Source: a candidate division FCPU426 bacterium
Lineage (GTDB): Bacteria; Oederibacteriota; Muellerivitia; Muellerivitales; Muellerivitaceae
DNA length: 64,000 bases
Direction of reading: 5' to 3'
Assembly (NCBI GenBank): GCA_963847625.1
Contig: CAWKAR010000027.1
Span: 64,001-128,000 of the forward strand
Positions within the stretch are counted from its first letter, which is position 1. Each line of letters opens with the position of its first letter. Of this stretch, positions 63,888-64,000 are shown one piece after another. Below the pieces are notes generated by a model. That model was not told where the DNA came from. It was given only the letters and a program-made list of their open reading frames with translations, and did not search any database. The translations under genes were made by a program, and so were the position numbers.

Positions 63888-64000
63888 GGACTTGGTTTTG
63901 CTTAACGCCTTTTAGAATTAAAAACTTCTGATTTAATTTATCTTTGTTCCCTGGTTTTTGTTTAATTTGGACGGCAATGATTTGAAGTCAAGGATTTGAA

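Overview
Bacterial chromosomal window, probably from a diderm polysaccharide degrader (TonB-dependent receptor, beta-barrel porin). It has three zones. (1) 1-40 kb: giant secreted proteins (an NHL beta-propeller protein, GH8, two clan GH-A GH51/GH79-like hydrolases, GH30). Most are built as catalytic head + ~750-1200 aa Thr/Pro stalk + a shared T9SS/FlgD-like C-terminal domain. Two paralogous ~600-aa AraC regulators are interleaved, and three of the GH promoters share 21-bp-spaced direct repeats. (2) 40-57 kb: signalling and housekeeping genes (class III cyclase, glutathione peroxidase, sigma54-driven porin + atypical P-II, degenerate EAL protein, TPR protein), an IS30-disrupted GT87-like gene, tandem repeat arrays and a GH44. 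(3) 57-64 kb: an AT-rich accessory region where integrase-less gene cassettes appear to be inserted at a GGCCAG core inside two copies of an orphan tRNA-Gln-like 3' end, with a toxin-antitoxin pair and an IS4. Zone 3 is the best candidate for an undescribed integron-like system; the stalked-enzyme cluster is the second. All calls come from motif recognition by eye; no searches were run.
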